Assembly (NCBI GenBank): GCA_965222155.1
Contig: CBDCTH010000004.1
Location: forward strand, 192,001 to 256,000
DNA from: Gammaproteobacteria bacterium
GTDB taxonomy: Bacteria; Pseudomonadota; Gammaproteobacteria; Eutrophobiales; Eutrophobiaceae
Length of the DNA: 64,000 bases
Direction of reading: 5' to 3'
Shown: in pieces, positions 21,327 to 32,057 of the stretch
Numbering within the stretch: position 1 is the stretch's first letter
Layout of the letters: the number at the start of each line of letters is the position of its first letter
Position numbers and translations under genes: made by a program
Notes under the pieces: generated by a model
Told to the model about the DNA's origin: nothing
The model's database searches: none
The model's input: only the letters and a program-made list of their open reading frames with translations

Positions 21327-22345
21327 TGCGCCTGCCCCGATTCCATTACTACCGGCCCCGGGATATCCATGAAGCGGCCCAGGTCCTGGCCGGTGAGGAT
21401 AACGCCATGATCATAGCCGGCGGCACTGATTTGTTGCCCAATATGAAGCGTCGCCAGCAAACGCCGGGCACCCTGGTGACTTTGCGGCATCTGGACACGC
21501 TGAAGCGTGTTATAAACGGGGCCGGCCTCAGCATCGGCGCCGGCGTGACCCTGACTGCCCTGGTGCGGGACCGGGGAGTCAAATCGGCTTACCGGGGATT
21601 ATGGCAGGCCGCCGCCCAGGTGGCGACACCGCACCTGCGCAATATGGGCACATTGGGCGGCAACATCTGTCTGGATACCCGTTGCAATTACTATGACCAG
21701 AACCATGAATGGCGCAAGGCGATTGACTTCTGCATGAAGAAAGATGGTGACATCTGCTGGGTCTCGACCGGCAGTAAAACCTGTCTGGCAACCTCGTCGA
21801 CGGACACCGCTCCGGCGCTTATTTCATTGCGCGCAGAAGTGGAACTCGTATCGGCGAATGGAACGCGCACGGTTCCCTTGCAAGACTTGTACCGGGACGA
21901 CGGTATTCACTATTTAACGCGCAGGGAAGACGAGATACTGACGAATATCGTATTGCCGCATGCAAGCGGCACAAGAAGCGTCTATTGGAAATTGCGGCGC
22001 CGCGGATCTTTTGATTTCCCGGTTCTGTCGGTGGCCGCTACGCTTGAATTTGATGCTCACGACATCATCACCGATGCACAAATCGTATTGGGCGCGGTAG
22101 CGTCGCAGCCCGTTGTCTGTGCGCTGGTCAATGATTTTCTACGGGGCAGGAGATTGTCGGACGAGGTGATTGAAGAGGCTGCGGCAGCCTGTATCAAGGC
22201 GGCTAAACCGGTAAAAAACACGGACTTTGCCACCCACTGGCGCAAACGCGCCATCGGCTATATTGCGGGCTGCGCGCTACGGGAACTGCGTGGTGATGAT
22301 ATGCGGGCGGCCAGGCAAAAGATCGCTCACCAATCCCTTTCATGA
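21323..22345 (+). CDS. hcrB: FAD/[4Fe-4S] subunit, HcrB-like
   Basis: AGGTDL, RNMGTLGGN, and the Cys insert CLDTRC...C...C...C characteristic of HcrB. Confidence 0.85.
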   Translation: MMRLPRFHYYRPRDIHEAAQVLAGEDNAMIIAGGTDLLPNMKRRQQTPGTLVTLRHLDTLKRVINGAGLSIGAGVTLTALVRDRGVKSAYRGLWQAAAQVATPHLRNMGTLGGNICLDTRCNYYDQNHEWRKAIDFCMKKDGDICWVSTGSKTCLATSSTDTAPALISLRAEVELVSANGTRTVPLQDLYRDDGIHYLTRREDEILTNIVLPHASGTRSVYWKLRRRGSFDFPVLSVAATLEFDAHDIITDAQIVLGAVASQPVVCALVNDFLRGRRLSDEVIEEAAAACIKAAKPVKNTDFATHWRKRAIGYIAGCALRELRGDDMRAARQKIAHQSLS

Positions 22346-22503
22346 ACTGTATTGACGCCTTGAGTCCTCCCACCTGAGCCGCCAATGAAGAGTTGCGATT
22401 AACTAAGGTGCAGTATACCTTTGCAGGCTTGTTTCAACTTAACAGGGATTGAGACAACGGCGCATCGCCACAAAAAATTAACTATACGCCAGGAGTCATT
22501 AGC

Positions 22504-23811
22504 TTGCCCGTTCAGCGCTTCAGTTCTTTTTTGACGTCGTTGATGGCAACCGCCGGTCTCGCCATCGGTATCGGCAATGTGTGGCGTTTCCCCTATATGA
22601 TGGGAAGCCATGGCGGCAGCGCTTTCCTGGTCTTGTTTATCGCCTGTGTGGTGTTCCTGTCTTTACCGGCACTGATGGCGGAGTGGGCGCTGGCCAGACA
22701 AACGCGGCAGGGCACCATCGGCTCTTTTATGGCAACGTTCGGTCCCGTATATGGGCGCTTGGCCGGTTATGGATTGTTGGCTTGTATTACAATCGCAGGG
22801 GGATATTACCTCGTTGTTATCGGTAATGTTTTCTACAGCGGTTATTATTCGATATTGCACGGATTTTCCGCGCAAACGACACCTGCCTTCAAGGCGGGGC
22901 TGGGCGACCACTACCTGCAATTGTTCCTGGCGCTGCTTATCCTGTCAGCTTCCGCCGTCATCATCCATCGTGGCGTCAGAAGAGGTATCGAATACGTCAG
23001 CAACCTGTTTGTCCCGTTCTTCTTCCTGGTCAGCTTTTATCTCGTATACAAGGTATTAAACCTGCCGGGGGCCACTGCACATTTGTCCGTATTCCTGCAG
23101 GTGGATTTCAGCAAGATAGGATTCACCGAGGTCTTTGCCGCCATGGGCCAGGCCTATTTCTCAATCGGACTGGGCGGGACTCTTACCTTGATTTACGGCA
23201 GTTACCTCAAGGATGACATCAAACTGCCGAAGCTGGCCGTGATGACCTGCATCAGTGATACCGGCGCGGCCTTATTGGCCGCATTTTATCTTATTCCGGC
23301 CTTACTCGTATTCGGTATGGACTTGACGGCCGGACCGACACTGTTGTTTGAAACCCTGCCCGGCTTGTTCAGTATCCTTCCCGGTGGCCGATTATTCGGT
23401 AGTTTGATGCTGCTCTCGCTCTTTTTAGTGACCTTGCTTTCCTACGTTGCCGTGATCGAAGCGGTAGTCGGCGGCCTGCTGGGTGATGCTGATATTATCC
23501 GTTTCAGCAAAACGCGCTTGCTGCTTGTTTTAGTTGTGATTCAAGCCCTGTTGGCAGTCTTCTTTACGTTTCGTCCTGAACTGATCGGGATTGCAGATTT
23601 ACTCTTCGGTTCTGCCGGAATGATGATTGGCGGCTGTCTTGCCTTACTTGCGCTTGCCTGGGGGATCGGTAGAGCGGATACAATCAGGCAGGTTTTTGGC
23701 ACAAAGTACAAACTGCTGTGGTCCGTTTACTTTTTCTGGATCAAATGGGCGGCCCCGGCGATCCTGATCATTGTCCTGAGCGGAACTTTATATGAAGCAA
23801 TTACGGGTTAG
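22504..23811 (+). CDS. Sodium-dependent transporter (NSS/SNF family)
   Basis: AIGIGNVWRFPY...GGSAF; GQAYFSIGLG; many TM segments. Confidence 0.92.
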   Translation: MPVQRFSSFLTSLMATAGLAIGIGNVWRFPYMMGSHGGSAFLVLFIACVVFLSLPALMAEWALARQTRQGTIGSFMATFGPVYGRLAGYGLLACITIAGGYYLVVIGNVFYSGYYSILHGFSAQTTPAFKAGLGDHYLQLFLALLILSASAVIIHRGVRRGIEYVSNLFVPFFFLVSFYLVYKVLNLPGATAHLSVFLQVDFSKIGFTEVFAAMGQAYFSIGLGGTLTLIYGSYLKDDIKLPKLAVMTCISDTGAALLAAFYLIPALLVFGMDLTAGPTLLFETLPGLFSILPGGRLFGSLMLLSLFLVTLLSYVAVIEAVVGGLLGDADIIRFSKTRLLLVLVVIQALLAVFFTFRPELIGIADLLFGSAGMMIGGCLALLALAWGIGRADTIRQVFGTKYKLLWSVYFFWIKWAAPAILIIVLSGTLYEAITG

Positions 23812-23899
23812 AATTTTTCCTGTTCCCCTGTTTACGAGAGACAGAGGCAGGCTTCGCAGTTATGATAAAATCTATGACTCGACCAAGAGGGGATAAAAA

Positions 23900-24394
23900 A
23901 TGAATGTAAACATGAAATCCGTTTGTATTTTTCTTGCCGGCCTGGTTTTCAATGTAATAGTCTCAGCAGCGGCATTCGCTGAAGATGACGGGCATCCTGC
24001 CATTACAGGAGGCGTTCCGTTTTTTTACTACAATGATCTTCCGGCGGCGGCGGACTGGTACAAGAACAAACTTGGTCTTAAGCCACTGACCGAAGAGGAC
24101 TGGGTGGTCATCTTTGAACTCAACGCTTCTTCCTATATCGGCCTGGTCAATGCTACCGGCGGAGAATTGAAACCGATCGCGGAAAAGGGCTCATTGCTCT
24201 CCATCGACACGCCGGACCTGGAAGCCTGGTGGGACAGGCTGAAAGACGTGGAAGGCATCAATATCAAAAACGGCATCATAACCGGCGCCGACGGGATGAT
24301 AGAGCAATTCAGCCTGCAAGATCCGGAAGGTTACATCGTAGAGTTCTTCCGCTGGAAAGAACACCGCCCGGAAGCGCAACGCTATAGCAAATAA
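23900..24394 (+). CDS. Exported VOC/glyoxalase family protein
   Basis: YYNDLPAAADWY..LGL and QDPEGYIVEF; signal peptide. Confidence 0.8.
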   Translation: MNVNMKSVCIFLAGLVFNVIVSAAAFAEDDGHPAITGGVPFFYYNDLPAAADWYKNKLGLKPLTEEDWVVIFELNASSYIGLVNATGGELKPIAEKGSLLSIDTPDLEAWWDRLKDVEGINIKNGIITGADGMIEQFSLQDPEGYIVEFFRWKEHRPEAQRYSK

Positions 24395-24406
24395 TTTGTA
24401 CGGGGT

Positions 24407-24508
24407 CACGCGCGCTTCTTCTTCCATCGAATGGCCGTGACCAGCCGCTCTCATGCGGAGTTGTGTTTTCACGTCGCTATCAAGATTGCGGATTGTAATA
24501 CTCGCCAT
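24407..24508 (-). pseudogene. 5' fragment of FitA-like RHH antitoxin
   Basis: MASITIRNLDSDVKTQLRMRAAGHGHSMEEEARV then truncated; paralog of 33592-33837. Confidence 0.85.
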
Positions 24509-24551
24509 AGCCTCACCATCCGTTATCTGAATTGCTCGGTATGCTAAACAA

Positions 24552-24568
24552 TGATTGCAATGCAATCA
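24552..24568. promoter_or_regulatory. Putative FitA operator
   Basis: TGATTGCA-a-TGCAATCA palindrome, identical to 33532-33548. Confidence 0.7.
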
Positions 24569-24714
24569 AGACCGACTGCACCAAAAGATAATTCAGGCTG
24601 ATACAGCCGCTCTGCTATGCTAATTCTCATCAACATATCTTTATCGACTTCTCTATGACTTACTCGGTCGTCGGCAGGAGGCAGGCGTTCTTATGTATTT
24701 TAATTCAGTATATT

Positions 24715-24772
24715 TGTAAAATATACTTTACAAAATTATTATTTTAATCTAATATGTTCAGTATATTTTACA
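24715..24772. promoter_or_regulatory. Putative HipB operators
   Basis: TGTAAAATATACTTTACA and related TGTTCAGTATATTTTACA just upstream of hipB. Confidence 0.5.
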
Positions 24773-24785
24773 TAAATGAATTATT

Positions 24786-25046
24786 ATGACACTACAAAAC
24801 CTCGGAAAAAAAATTGCTGTCTTGCGTAGAGAAAAAGGCCTCAGTCAAGATGAAGTATGCCGGGTTGCGGGTATCTCACGTACCACGTTAAGCCAGCTTG
24901 AAAACAGTGAATTATCTGAGTTGGGTTTTAATAAGGTGTACCGCATCCTGTCCTACCTCGATAAGGATCTATCTGTGGTAAACAAAGCGCCCCTGCCGAC
25001 GCTGGATGATCTCCTGCGTCAGCGACAGGAAGACTTCGATAAATGA
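24786..25046 (+). CDS. HipB-like HTH antitoxin
   Basis: RREKGLSQDEVCRVAGISRTTLSQLEN; precedes hipA. Confidence 0.88.
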   Translation: MTLQNLGKKIAVLRREKGLSQDEVCRVAGISRTTLSQLENSELSELGFNKVYRILSYLDKDLSVVNKAPLPTLDDLLRQRQEDFDK

Positions 25047-25079
25047 CCTTCAGACAAACCTCAATGAAAGGATACGCTT

Positions 25080-26504
25080 GTGGTCGCAAAAGTAAAAAGA
25101 TTATTAATCAAGGTTAATCAGGTAGCGGTAGGCTATCTGTCCAAAGACGAAACCGGGTACGGTGAAAAGAAATATGTTTTCACCTATCTCCCCGACATCC
25201 GTCCGGACCAGGCTGTCTCATTAACTATGCCTGTTCGCAATGAAAGCTATGTTTTGGGGTTTCTGCATCCTGTGTTTGAAATGAGCCAGCCAGAGGGTTT
25301 GCTTAAAGACCATTTGGTGAACCGATTCAGTAAAATACTTTCTATGGATGACATGGGGCTCTTATTCCTGACCGGTCGTTCCCGGGTCGGGAACGACACG
25401 GCGGAAATAGATCCCAATAACACTGATAAGGAACTCGCTGATCTTGCTCAGATGACATTTCGGCATGAACGACAAGATGGCATAGAAGCAAAGGACGTCG
25501 TCCATGCGAGTGAACAAGACTGGGAACCGTTGTTTGAGCGTATCCTTAAGGATTTTGCTATCAACTCAGGGATTGGCGGTATGCAGCCGAAAGTTCTGGC
25601 CCGGATTGCGGAAAGTTTACCTGAGAATGAAGTTCGGTTTACAGCCAGTATACCCACACATATTGTTAAGGCATCAGACAAGGATCACCCTTATCTGGCA
25701 CTAAATGAATCCTTGTGCCTGACGGTAGCTAACCAAGCCGGACTCGATGTCCCCCATCATCAAATCAGTGATAACGGTCAGGTTATTATCATCGACAGGT
25801 TTGATTTAAAAAAAGATGGCAGCCATTATGCTGTTGAAGATGGTTGCGTACTCCAGGCTCAACCGGCCAGCGAGAAATACGATAGCAGTATGGAGAAACT
25901 TGTCAAAGCGATCCTGACGTACTTGCCGGACAAAAATAAACCAGCCGCGGCAAAGGCGATTTTCACGTTAACCGTGACCAACACACTGGTTCGCAATGGC
26001 GATGCCCATTTAAAAAACTTCGCTATCGTATATGACGAAGCAGCCGACGCCGTTTTCGCTAAAAGCTATGACGTCACTACAACCCGAGCTTACGCATCTC
26101 TGAGAGAAGATGTCCCGGCACTCATGATGCATAACACCAAGCGTTGGCCAACAATAAAAGAACTCGTTCGCTTTGGAAAAGGGTCTTGCTATCTTAAAGA
26201 GCGGGAATGCAATAAAGTCATTAAGAATGTCATTAAGGTACTATGTGATGTCGGCAAATCTATTCCTGGCGTCATTAAGACATGTCCGGGATCAGAACAT
26301 GTCTGTACCGCCATGGTTTCACAGTGGAATGATGGTATTAAGTCACTTTACTTTAAAAAGGATGGTGAAAAAAAAGCTTTTCAAACTGGTCTTGACGAGG
26401 TTGAAGAAGCCCTGCTGTCAGATTACGGTGACCCGTATCTAAATCAGGAAAAACCGGCCCGAGCTGTTCGACCGGAAAACTCATTACGCACACCTGGAAT
26501 TTAA
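25080..26504 (+). CDS. hipA: HipA family kinase toxin
   Basis: AVSLTMP, GIGGMQPK, IDRFD, NGDAHLKNF, YD. Confidence 0.9.
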   Translation: MVAKVKRLLIKVNQVAVGYLSKDETGYGEKKYVFTYLPDIRPDQAVSLTMPVRNESYVLGFLHPVFEMSQPEGLLKDHLVNRFSKILSMDDMGLLFLTGRSRVGNDTAEIDPNNTDKELADLAQMTFRHERQDGIEAKDVVHASEQDWEPLFERILKDFAINSGIGGMQPKVLARIAESLPENEVRFTASIPTHIVKASDKDHPYLALNESLCLTVANQAGLDVPHHQISDNGQVIIIDRFDLKKDGSHYAVEDGCVLQAQPASEKYDSSMEKLVKAILTYLPDKNKPAAAKAIFTLTVTNTLVRNGDAHLKNFAIVYDEAADAVFAKSYDVTTTRAYASLREDVPALMMHNTKRWPTIKELVRFGKGSCYLKERECNKVIKNVIKVLCDVGKSIPGVIKTCPGSEHVCTAMVSQWNDGIKSLYFKKDGEKKAFQTGLDEVEEALLSDYGDPYLNQEKPARAVRPENSLRTPGI

Positions 26505-26570
26505 CAGTGTTTTCCAATCTGAAGGGTGATAGGTTAGATGATCTGCGATCAGTATCTGGAGAGGTTCTAG

Positions 26571-28338
26571 CCCGCATATCTCACAAACCATTGTAAAAGG
26601 GTCTCAACTTCGCGTATAATGTAAGAGTTATCAATATCTTACATTAAACTTGAGAGGAGACCCCATGGCTACACAGTGTACTTCAACCCAACTTGAATTT
26701 CAATCCTTTGGTCGGCGCCATGTCACCGGGCGATTTGACGGTGGCCGGCGCACCTCGGACGCCGGCGGGCTGCTGCTGCGTGAGCTGGAGCAGCGTTTGA
26801 ATGTGCTGCCCCGGCTGGCGGGGTGTTTTACGGATTATCGTCAGGCGGGGAAGGTGGAGCACCCGGTACAGGCGTTGTTGGCGCAACGCATCTATGGGCT
26901 GGCCTTGGGGTATGAAGACCTCAATGACCAGGATGCCTTGCGCAGTGACAGTCTGCTGGCGTTACTGGTGGGCAAGGCGGACCTGACGGGGGATAGCCGT
27001 CGCCGGGCCCGTGACCGGGGGCATCCGTTGGCGGGGTCGAGCACGTTGAACCGGCTGGAGTTGGGGGTGCCTGAGCAGGCGGCGCAGCACCGTTACCGGA
27101 AGATAGTGGCAGACCCTGCGGGGTTGGACCGCGTGATGGTGGAGACTTTTCCGGCCTCGTACCGGCGTGCGCCGTCGGTGTTGTGGCTGGACCTCGATGC
27201 GACGGACGACCCGCTGCACGGTGAGCAGGCGGGGCGTTTCGTTCACGGCTACTACAAGTCCTATTGTTATCTGCCGTTGTACATCTTCTGTGAGGAGCAC
27301 CTGTTGTGCGCCCGGTTGCGCCCGGCCAATGAGGATGCGGCGGCAGGCCGTGTGGACGAGTTGGCCCGGATTATCGGACAGATAAGGCAGCGTTGGCCCG
27401 AGGTGCAGGTCAGGGTACGCGGGGATTCGGGGTTTTGCCGGGAGGAACTGATGGCCTGGTGCGAAGCCAATGATGTGGATTACCTGCTCGGGTTGGCGCG
27501 CAATGGCCGGTTGGAGAAGCAGATTGCCAAGGCCTTGCGCAAGTCGCACCGGCGTTACCTGCAGACGGGCCGGGCCGCGCGGCGCTTCCGGGAATTACGG
27601 TATCGTACCTTGCAGAGTTGGTCGCGCACGCGCCGGGTGCTAGCAAAAGCAGCGCATCTGGCCAACGGCGCCAACCCGCGTTTTGTGGTCACCAACCTGG
27701 ATAACAAAACCGCCGGCGCCCAGGTGTTGTACGAGCAGTTATACTGCATGCGCGGGGAGCTGGAAAATCGCATCAAGGCGCAGCAACCGGGCCTGTTTGC
27801 CGACCGTACCAGCACGGCCACCCTGCGCGCCAACCAGTTGCGCCTGTAGCTGTCTGCCTTTGCCTGCCTGCTGCTGCACGGCCTGCGCCGCCTGGGACTG
27901 GCCGGCACCCGTTGGGCCAAGGCGCAATGCGGCACGCTCCGCACCCGTATCCTCAAACTGGCCGCCGTGGTGCGCATCAGCGCCCGCCGGGTCTGGCTGG
28001 CCTTCGCCTCCGGCTATCCGCACCAGGCCAGGTTCGCCACCGTGCGCCAACAACTGCGAGACGGCCCCGTGCCCGACCCACCCGGTTAACCCGCGGGACC
28101 TCACTCATCCCCTGACCCGCGCGGCGGCCCCGCCGTGAACGGTCTCCCTTGGCCGGCTGACCGCATCACACCCGCCTGGGCAGGGCAAACGCCGGTCTGT
28201 CACCGGAGGGTCGTGATAAACAGGCCGTACGCGTCACCGATTTGCTTGTTTGCCTGCTCTATCGACCCTATGCAGTGAGTGAATCAACGACAGACAGCCT
28301 GTTTGTCGCTGTTTGGTAAAGTTTGTGAGATATGCGGG
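26571..28338 (+). mobile_element. IS1380 family insertion sequence
   Basis: TIRs CCCGCATATCTCACAAAC / GTTTGTGAGATATGCGGG flanked by CTAG on both sides; high GC. Confidence 0.92.
26665..28089 (+). pseudogene. IS1380 DDE transposase with premature TAG
   Basis: FDGG..TSDAGGLLL, LDLDATDDPLHG, RGDSGF, ENRIK; TAG at 27847-27849, then the frame continues (LSAFA...RISARRV) to 28089. Confidence 0.9.
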
Positions 28339-29685
28339 CTAGTCCTTCCCGTTACGCTCATACTTGCCTCCCTGATCTGCTTCATTGCGAACGCTGCCGA
28401 TTTTTACAAGCCGCCCGAATTTTCTATTCCCGGCGGGACAACCATCATCCATGCAGGTACTTTGCTGGCTGTGCCCGGTGAGACAGCGATGGTTGAACAG
28501 AGCATTATCGTCAGGGCCGGCAAAATTGTTGAAATTCGTCCCGGCTACGCCTCGATGGACAGTATCGAGGCCGACGATATCACTGGTATCGTTGACTTAT
28601 CCGATAAATTTGTAATGCCGGGTTTTATTGACCTGCATGTTCACCTGACCTCACAAGCCGGTTCCGGTAACAAATTGCAAAGGGTGACTTATAGTGATGC
28701 GGACTACGCTCTGAATGCGGCTATGCATGCCCGTAGAACCCTGCTGGCGGGGTTTACCACCGTGCGCAACGTGGGTTCTCGCGGTAATGCAATGTTCGCC
28801 CTGCGCGATGCCATTAAAGCAGGAAAGGTGCCGGGGCCAAAAATATTGGTTGCCGGTCGGTCTATTGCGGCAACAGGCGGCCATGGCGACAACCATGGTT
28901 TTCGGCAAGAGGTGTTGGATGCCTTACCCAGCAGTGGAATCTGTGATGGTCCCGACTCCTGCCGGGCAGCGGTAAGACGCCAGGTAAAGCGTGGCGCTGA
29001 CGTAATCAAGGTTACCGCAACGGGTGGTGTGTTAAGCGAAACAGCAGCAGGAACAGGACAACAACTGACCGATGAAGAGTTGAAGGCTATAGTAGAAGCG
29101 GCCCATAGCCTGGGCCGCAAGGTAACCGCCCATGCCCACGCCAAAGAAGGTATTGAAGCCGCCCTGCGAGCAGGATTTGATTCCATTGAACATGCCATGT
29201 GGGCGGACGAGGACACCATGAATCTGTTTAACGAAACGGGCGCATGGATGATTCCGACGGTCTATCCCATTACCGCGGTTGGCGATACGCCGGAAAAAAT
29301 GAAGCAGGGGCCATTTCGGGATATGCCCCCTCCGATAATGGAAAAGTTACTGGCATTGGGCAGGCAACCCAAAGATATGACGGCCCTGGCCTACAAAATG
29401 GGTGTAAACATTGCCTTAGGTACTGATTCCGCGGTGTCCCCGCACGGAGAAAATGCAAATGAGTTTGTTGAATATGTCAATATCGGCATGTCGGAGATGG
29501 AAGCGCTGGTCGCCGGTACAATCAATGCTGCAAAGGCAACGGGCATTGATGCAACTGTCGGTTCCCTGGAACCGGGCAAGGCCGCGGATATCGTGGCCAT
29601 GCCAGGCAATCCCCTCAACGATATCAGCGCCGTTTTAGACGTGGTATTCGTGATGCGGGATGGTGTTGTCTTCAAGCAGGAATAA
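28279..29685 (+). CDS. Metal-dependent amidohydrolase (Xaa-Pro dipeptidase-like); 5' end lies in the IS
   Basis: PGFIDLHVH, IKV, AHAH, SIEH, GTD, GSLEPGKAADIV. Confidence 0.88.
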   Translation: MNQRQTACLSLFGKVCEICGLVLPVTLILASLICFIANAADFYKPPEFSIPGGTTIIHAGTLLAVPGETAMVEQSIIVRAGKIVEIRPGYASMDSIEADDITGIVDLSDKFVMPGFIDLHVHLTSQAGSGNKLQRVTYSDADYALNAAMHARRTLLAGFTTVRNVGSRGNAMFALRDAIKAGKVPGPKILVAGRSIAATGGHGDNHGFRQEVLDALPSSGICDGPDSCRAAVRRQVKRGADVIKVTATGGVLSETAAGTGQQLTDEELKAIVEAAHSLGRKVTAHAHAKEGIEAALRAGFDSIEHAMWADEDTMNLFNETGAWMIPTVYPITAVGDTPEKMKQGPFRDMPPPIMEKLLALGRQPKDMTALAYKMGVNIALGTDSAVSPHGENANEFVEYVNIGMSEMEALVAGTINAAKATGIDATVGSLEPGKAADIVAMPGNPLNDISAVLDVVFVMRDGVVFKQE

Positions 29686-29716
29686 TGTCTTTTACTACTA
29701 TCATCACTTAATCGAT

Positions 29717-31081
29717 ATGTTCAAACTGAAAAACAACATGTACAGATTTGCAACTGTATTCCTCATGATCTTTTCCGGCATAGCAAGTGCTGTCGGCGCA
29801 AGCCTGATTATCGAAGACGTTGTCTTAATCGATGGGACCGGTCGACAACCGGTAGAACAGATCAGTGTGCTGGTTCAGGAGGATCGCATTGTCGAAATAA
29901 AAAGAGGACAATTCAGCAGCTCCCAACGTAAGGGCGCGCGAGTCATCGACGCTAAGCACAAATACCTGATCCCCGGCCTGATGGATGTTCATGTCCATTT
30001 GGCAGGTAGTATAAAAGTCACTGAGGAGGGCCTGCGTGAGGTAGATATGGATATGCAAAAAGGTATCAGGGCGTTGCACGGCTATCTATATAGCGGTGTG
30101 ACCTCAATCTATGACGCAGGAAATATACCCGATTACATTTTTGATCTGAGGGAACAGGAACGCTCCGGCGCTATTACCAGTCCGCGTATTTTTGCTACAG
30201 GTGGTATTGTGACCTATCCGGGGAGTCATGGGAGTGGTCCCGGAGCGACTACCGTAGATGACTGGCCTGAGGCGATTCCTCAATTAGACGAACATATCCA
30301 ACGCCGGCCCGATATATTAAAGCTGACCCTTGAAGAAAGGGGCTGGGGACTACGGCCAATGATCCCGAAGTTGCCTTTGCCCTTAATGGAGCGAATTATC
30401 GAGTACTACAATGATCATGGTATCCGCACCACCGCACATACTCCCAGTGAAATTCGCGCAAGACAAGCCATCTTTGTCGGAATAGACACCCTGGCGCATC
30501 CGGTTATTGTCGGTCCCATTACTGATAGCTTTGCAAAACTCATGGGTGTAAAGAAAATTCCCATGGCGACCACGTTAACGATCGGCGAAAACTACAGCCG
30601 ATTGGCCGAGCATCCTGAATACCTGGATCAAGCGCTTTATCAGGCGGTATTCACAAAAGAGGAAATCGAGGTTTTAAAAAATAAAACCCGGCAGGAATAT
30701 CAGGACAGGGACTGGACCTGGTGGATGAAGCTGATGACCCCGGTTGCCCAGGATAATCTCCGTCAAATTAACGCGGCAGGCGGCATACTGGCATTAGGGA
30801 CAGATCAAACCAATGGTCCGGCAGTACATCGTGAAATGGAACTCCTGGCTGCCGCTGGCATACCCGCACTGGAAATCATCCGAATTGCAACATTAAACGG
30901 CGCAAGATTTTTAGGAAAAGAGGAACAGCTGGGGTCGATTGAGGAAGGAAAACTCGCTGATATGGTGATATTGAATGCCGATCCGACAGAAGATATCGAT
31001 AACGCCAAAAACATCCATATGGTCATTAAAAATGGCAGCCTGATAGACAGAAAGAAACTGGACCTGCCTGTTAATTATTAA
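29717..31081 (+). CDS. Exported amidohydrolase family protein
   Basis: PGLMDVHVH, LGTD, GSIEEGKLADMVIL; signal peptide; start uncertain. Confidence 0.88.
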   Translation: MFKLKNNMYRFATVFLMIFSGIASAVGASLIIEDVVLIDGTGRQPVEQISVLVQEDRIVEIKRGQFSSSQRKGARVIDAKHKYLIPGLMDVHVHLAGSIKVTEEGLREVDMDMQKGIRALHGYLYSGVTSIYDAGNIPDYIFDLREQERSGAITSPRIFATGGIVTYPGSHGSGPGATTVDDWPEAIPQLDEHIQRRPDILKLTLEERGWGLRPMIPKLPLPLMERIIEYYNDHGIRTTAHTPSEIRARQAIFVGIDTLAHPVIVGPITDSFAKLMGVKKIPMATTLTIGENYSRLAEHPEYLDQALYQAVFTKEEIEVLKNKTRQEYQDRDWTWWMKLMTPVAQDNLRQINAAGGILALGTDQTNGPAVHREMELLAAAGIPALEIIRIATLNGARFLGKEEQLGSIEEGKLADMVILNADPTEDIDNAKNIHMVIKNGSLIDRKKLDLPVNY

Positions 31082-31318
31082 TGCGTTGCCTGGTCGAGCG
31101 CAGAACCCAGATTTTTATTTATGACCCCCGACCCAACACACGAATTGCTCATACATGACATCGACAAAATAGTCATATTCACGGCCGCCACACTCCAGGG
31201 CACCAAGCAAACAAGAATATTCATAAACAACAACCCCCCATCACTGGCACTGCGAATATGGATTGAGGCGGTATTATCTGTTCCGTTTTGAACCCGTGAC
31301 GCATTGTCAGGTAACCGG

Positions 31319-31346
31319 CGGTTCATCCCCACGTGGTGGGGAACTT
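31319..31346 (-). CRISPR. Solitary, slightly degenerate type I-E CRISPR repeat
   Basis: CGGTTCATCCCCACGTGGTGGGGAACTT matches the I-E pattern CGGTTYATCCCC-N-GGGGAAC; no neighbour at ~61-bp spacing. Confidence 0.6.
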
Positions 31347-31646
31347 AAGGCAGCGCGGCAGACGGGTAAAACCACTTCCCTTCTTAATCAGGTCTATTTG
31401 CCTGAATACCGGCGATTTCTTTCGCGTTTTAATCCACGTATCCAAAGATACGAAACCGACCGCCGCGCCATTTTTTGTTTCGTGCCAAGATGCTAGTCCA
31501 GTATAACCAATACCTGGCAACTGAAACAAACACGCGTAGATTGATCTGAACCGAGTAAAAATCATCTACCAGAAAAATCATAGTAAACCGTTAATATATT
31601 AGTCAATACTGTTTTTTTGCTGTGTGGAATGCGCTACACTATCAGA

Positions 31647-31814
31647 ATGAAGTTGAACCTAACCACAACGTGGGAAGACGTGCGCCGCCTGGGAATCATC
31701 CTCACCGCGGGCGGCTTGCTTTCCGGCGTACTTGAAAACGGTGAAACACTCACTGCCGGGGGATAGACCCTGGCCGGATTGGTTTTACTTTTGTTGGGCA
31801 ACCTGGAGCATTGA
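31647..31814 (+). pseudogene. Small two-TM membrane protein with in-frame TAG
   Basis: MKLNLTTTWEDVRRLGIILTAGGLLSGVLENGETLTAGG*TLAGLVLLLLGNLEH. Confidence 0.45.
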
Positions 31815-31915
31815 TGAACACTGCACTATTGACCGCAGGCGGCATAATTTTTGCCGGCGCGCTATTGCTGGCTTACCTGGCAACACGTCAAGCGCGCCGC
31901 GATAAACAGCCCTAG
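31814..31915 (+). CDS. 33-aa single-TM peptide
   Basis: MNTALLTAGGIIFAGALLLAYLATRQARRDKQP; TGATG overlap with the previous ORF. Confidence 0.45.
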   Translation: MNTALLTAGGIIFAGALLLAYLATRQARRDKQP

Positions 31916-32057
31916 ACTCCCGCATCCGGGCTAATTCAGGCATTGCCATTGCCGGATGCCCAAAAATCCGGCAGACAGGCAGATTCTCACGATTCCGGGC
32001 ATTTTGAGCGCGTGGCTGACAAAACCAAGCCGCTGTAATCGCCTGTAAGCGATTTAA

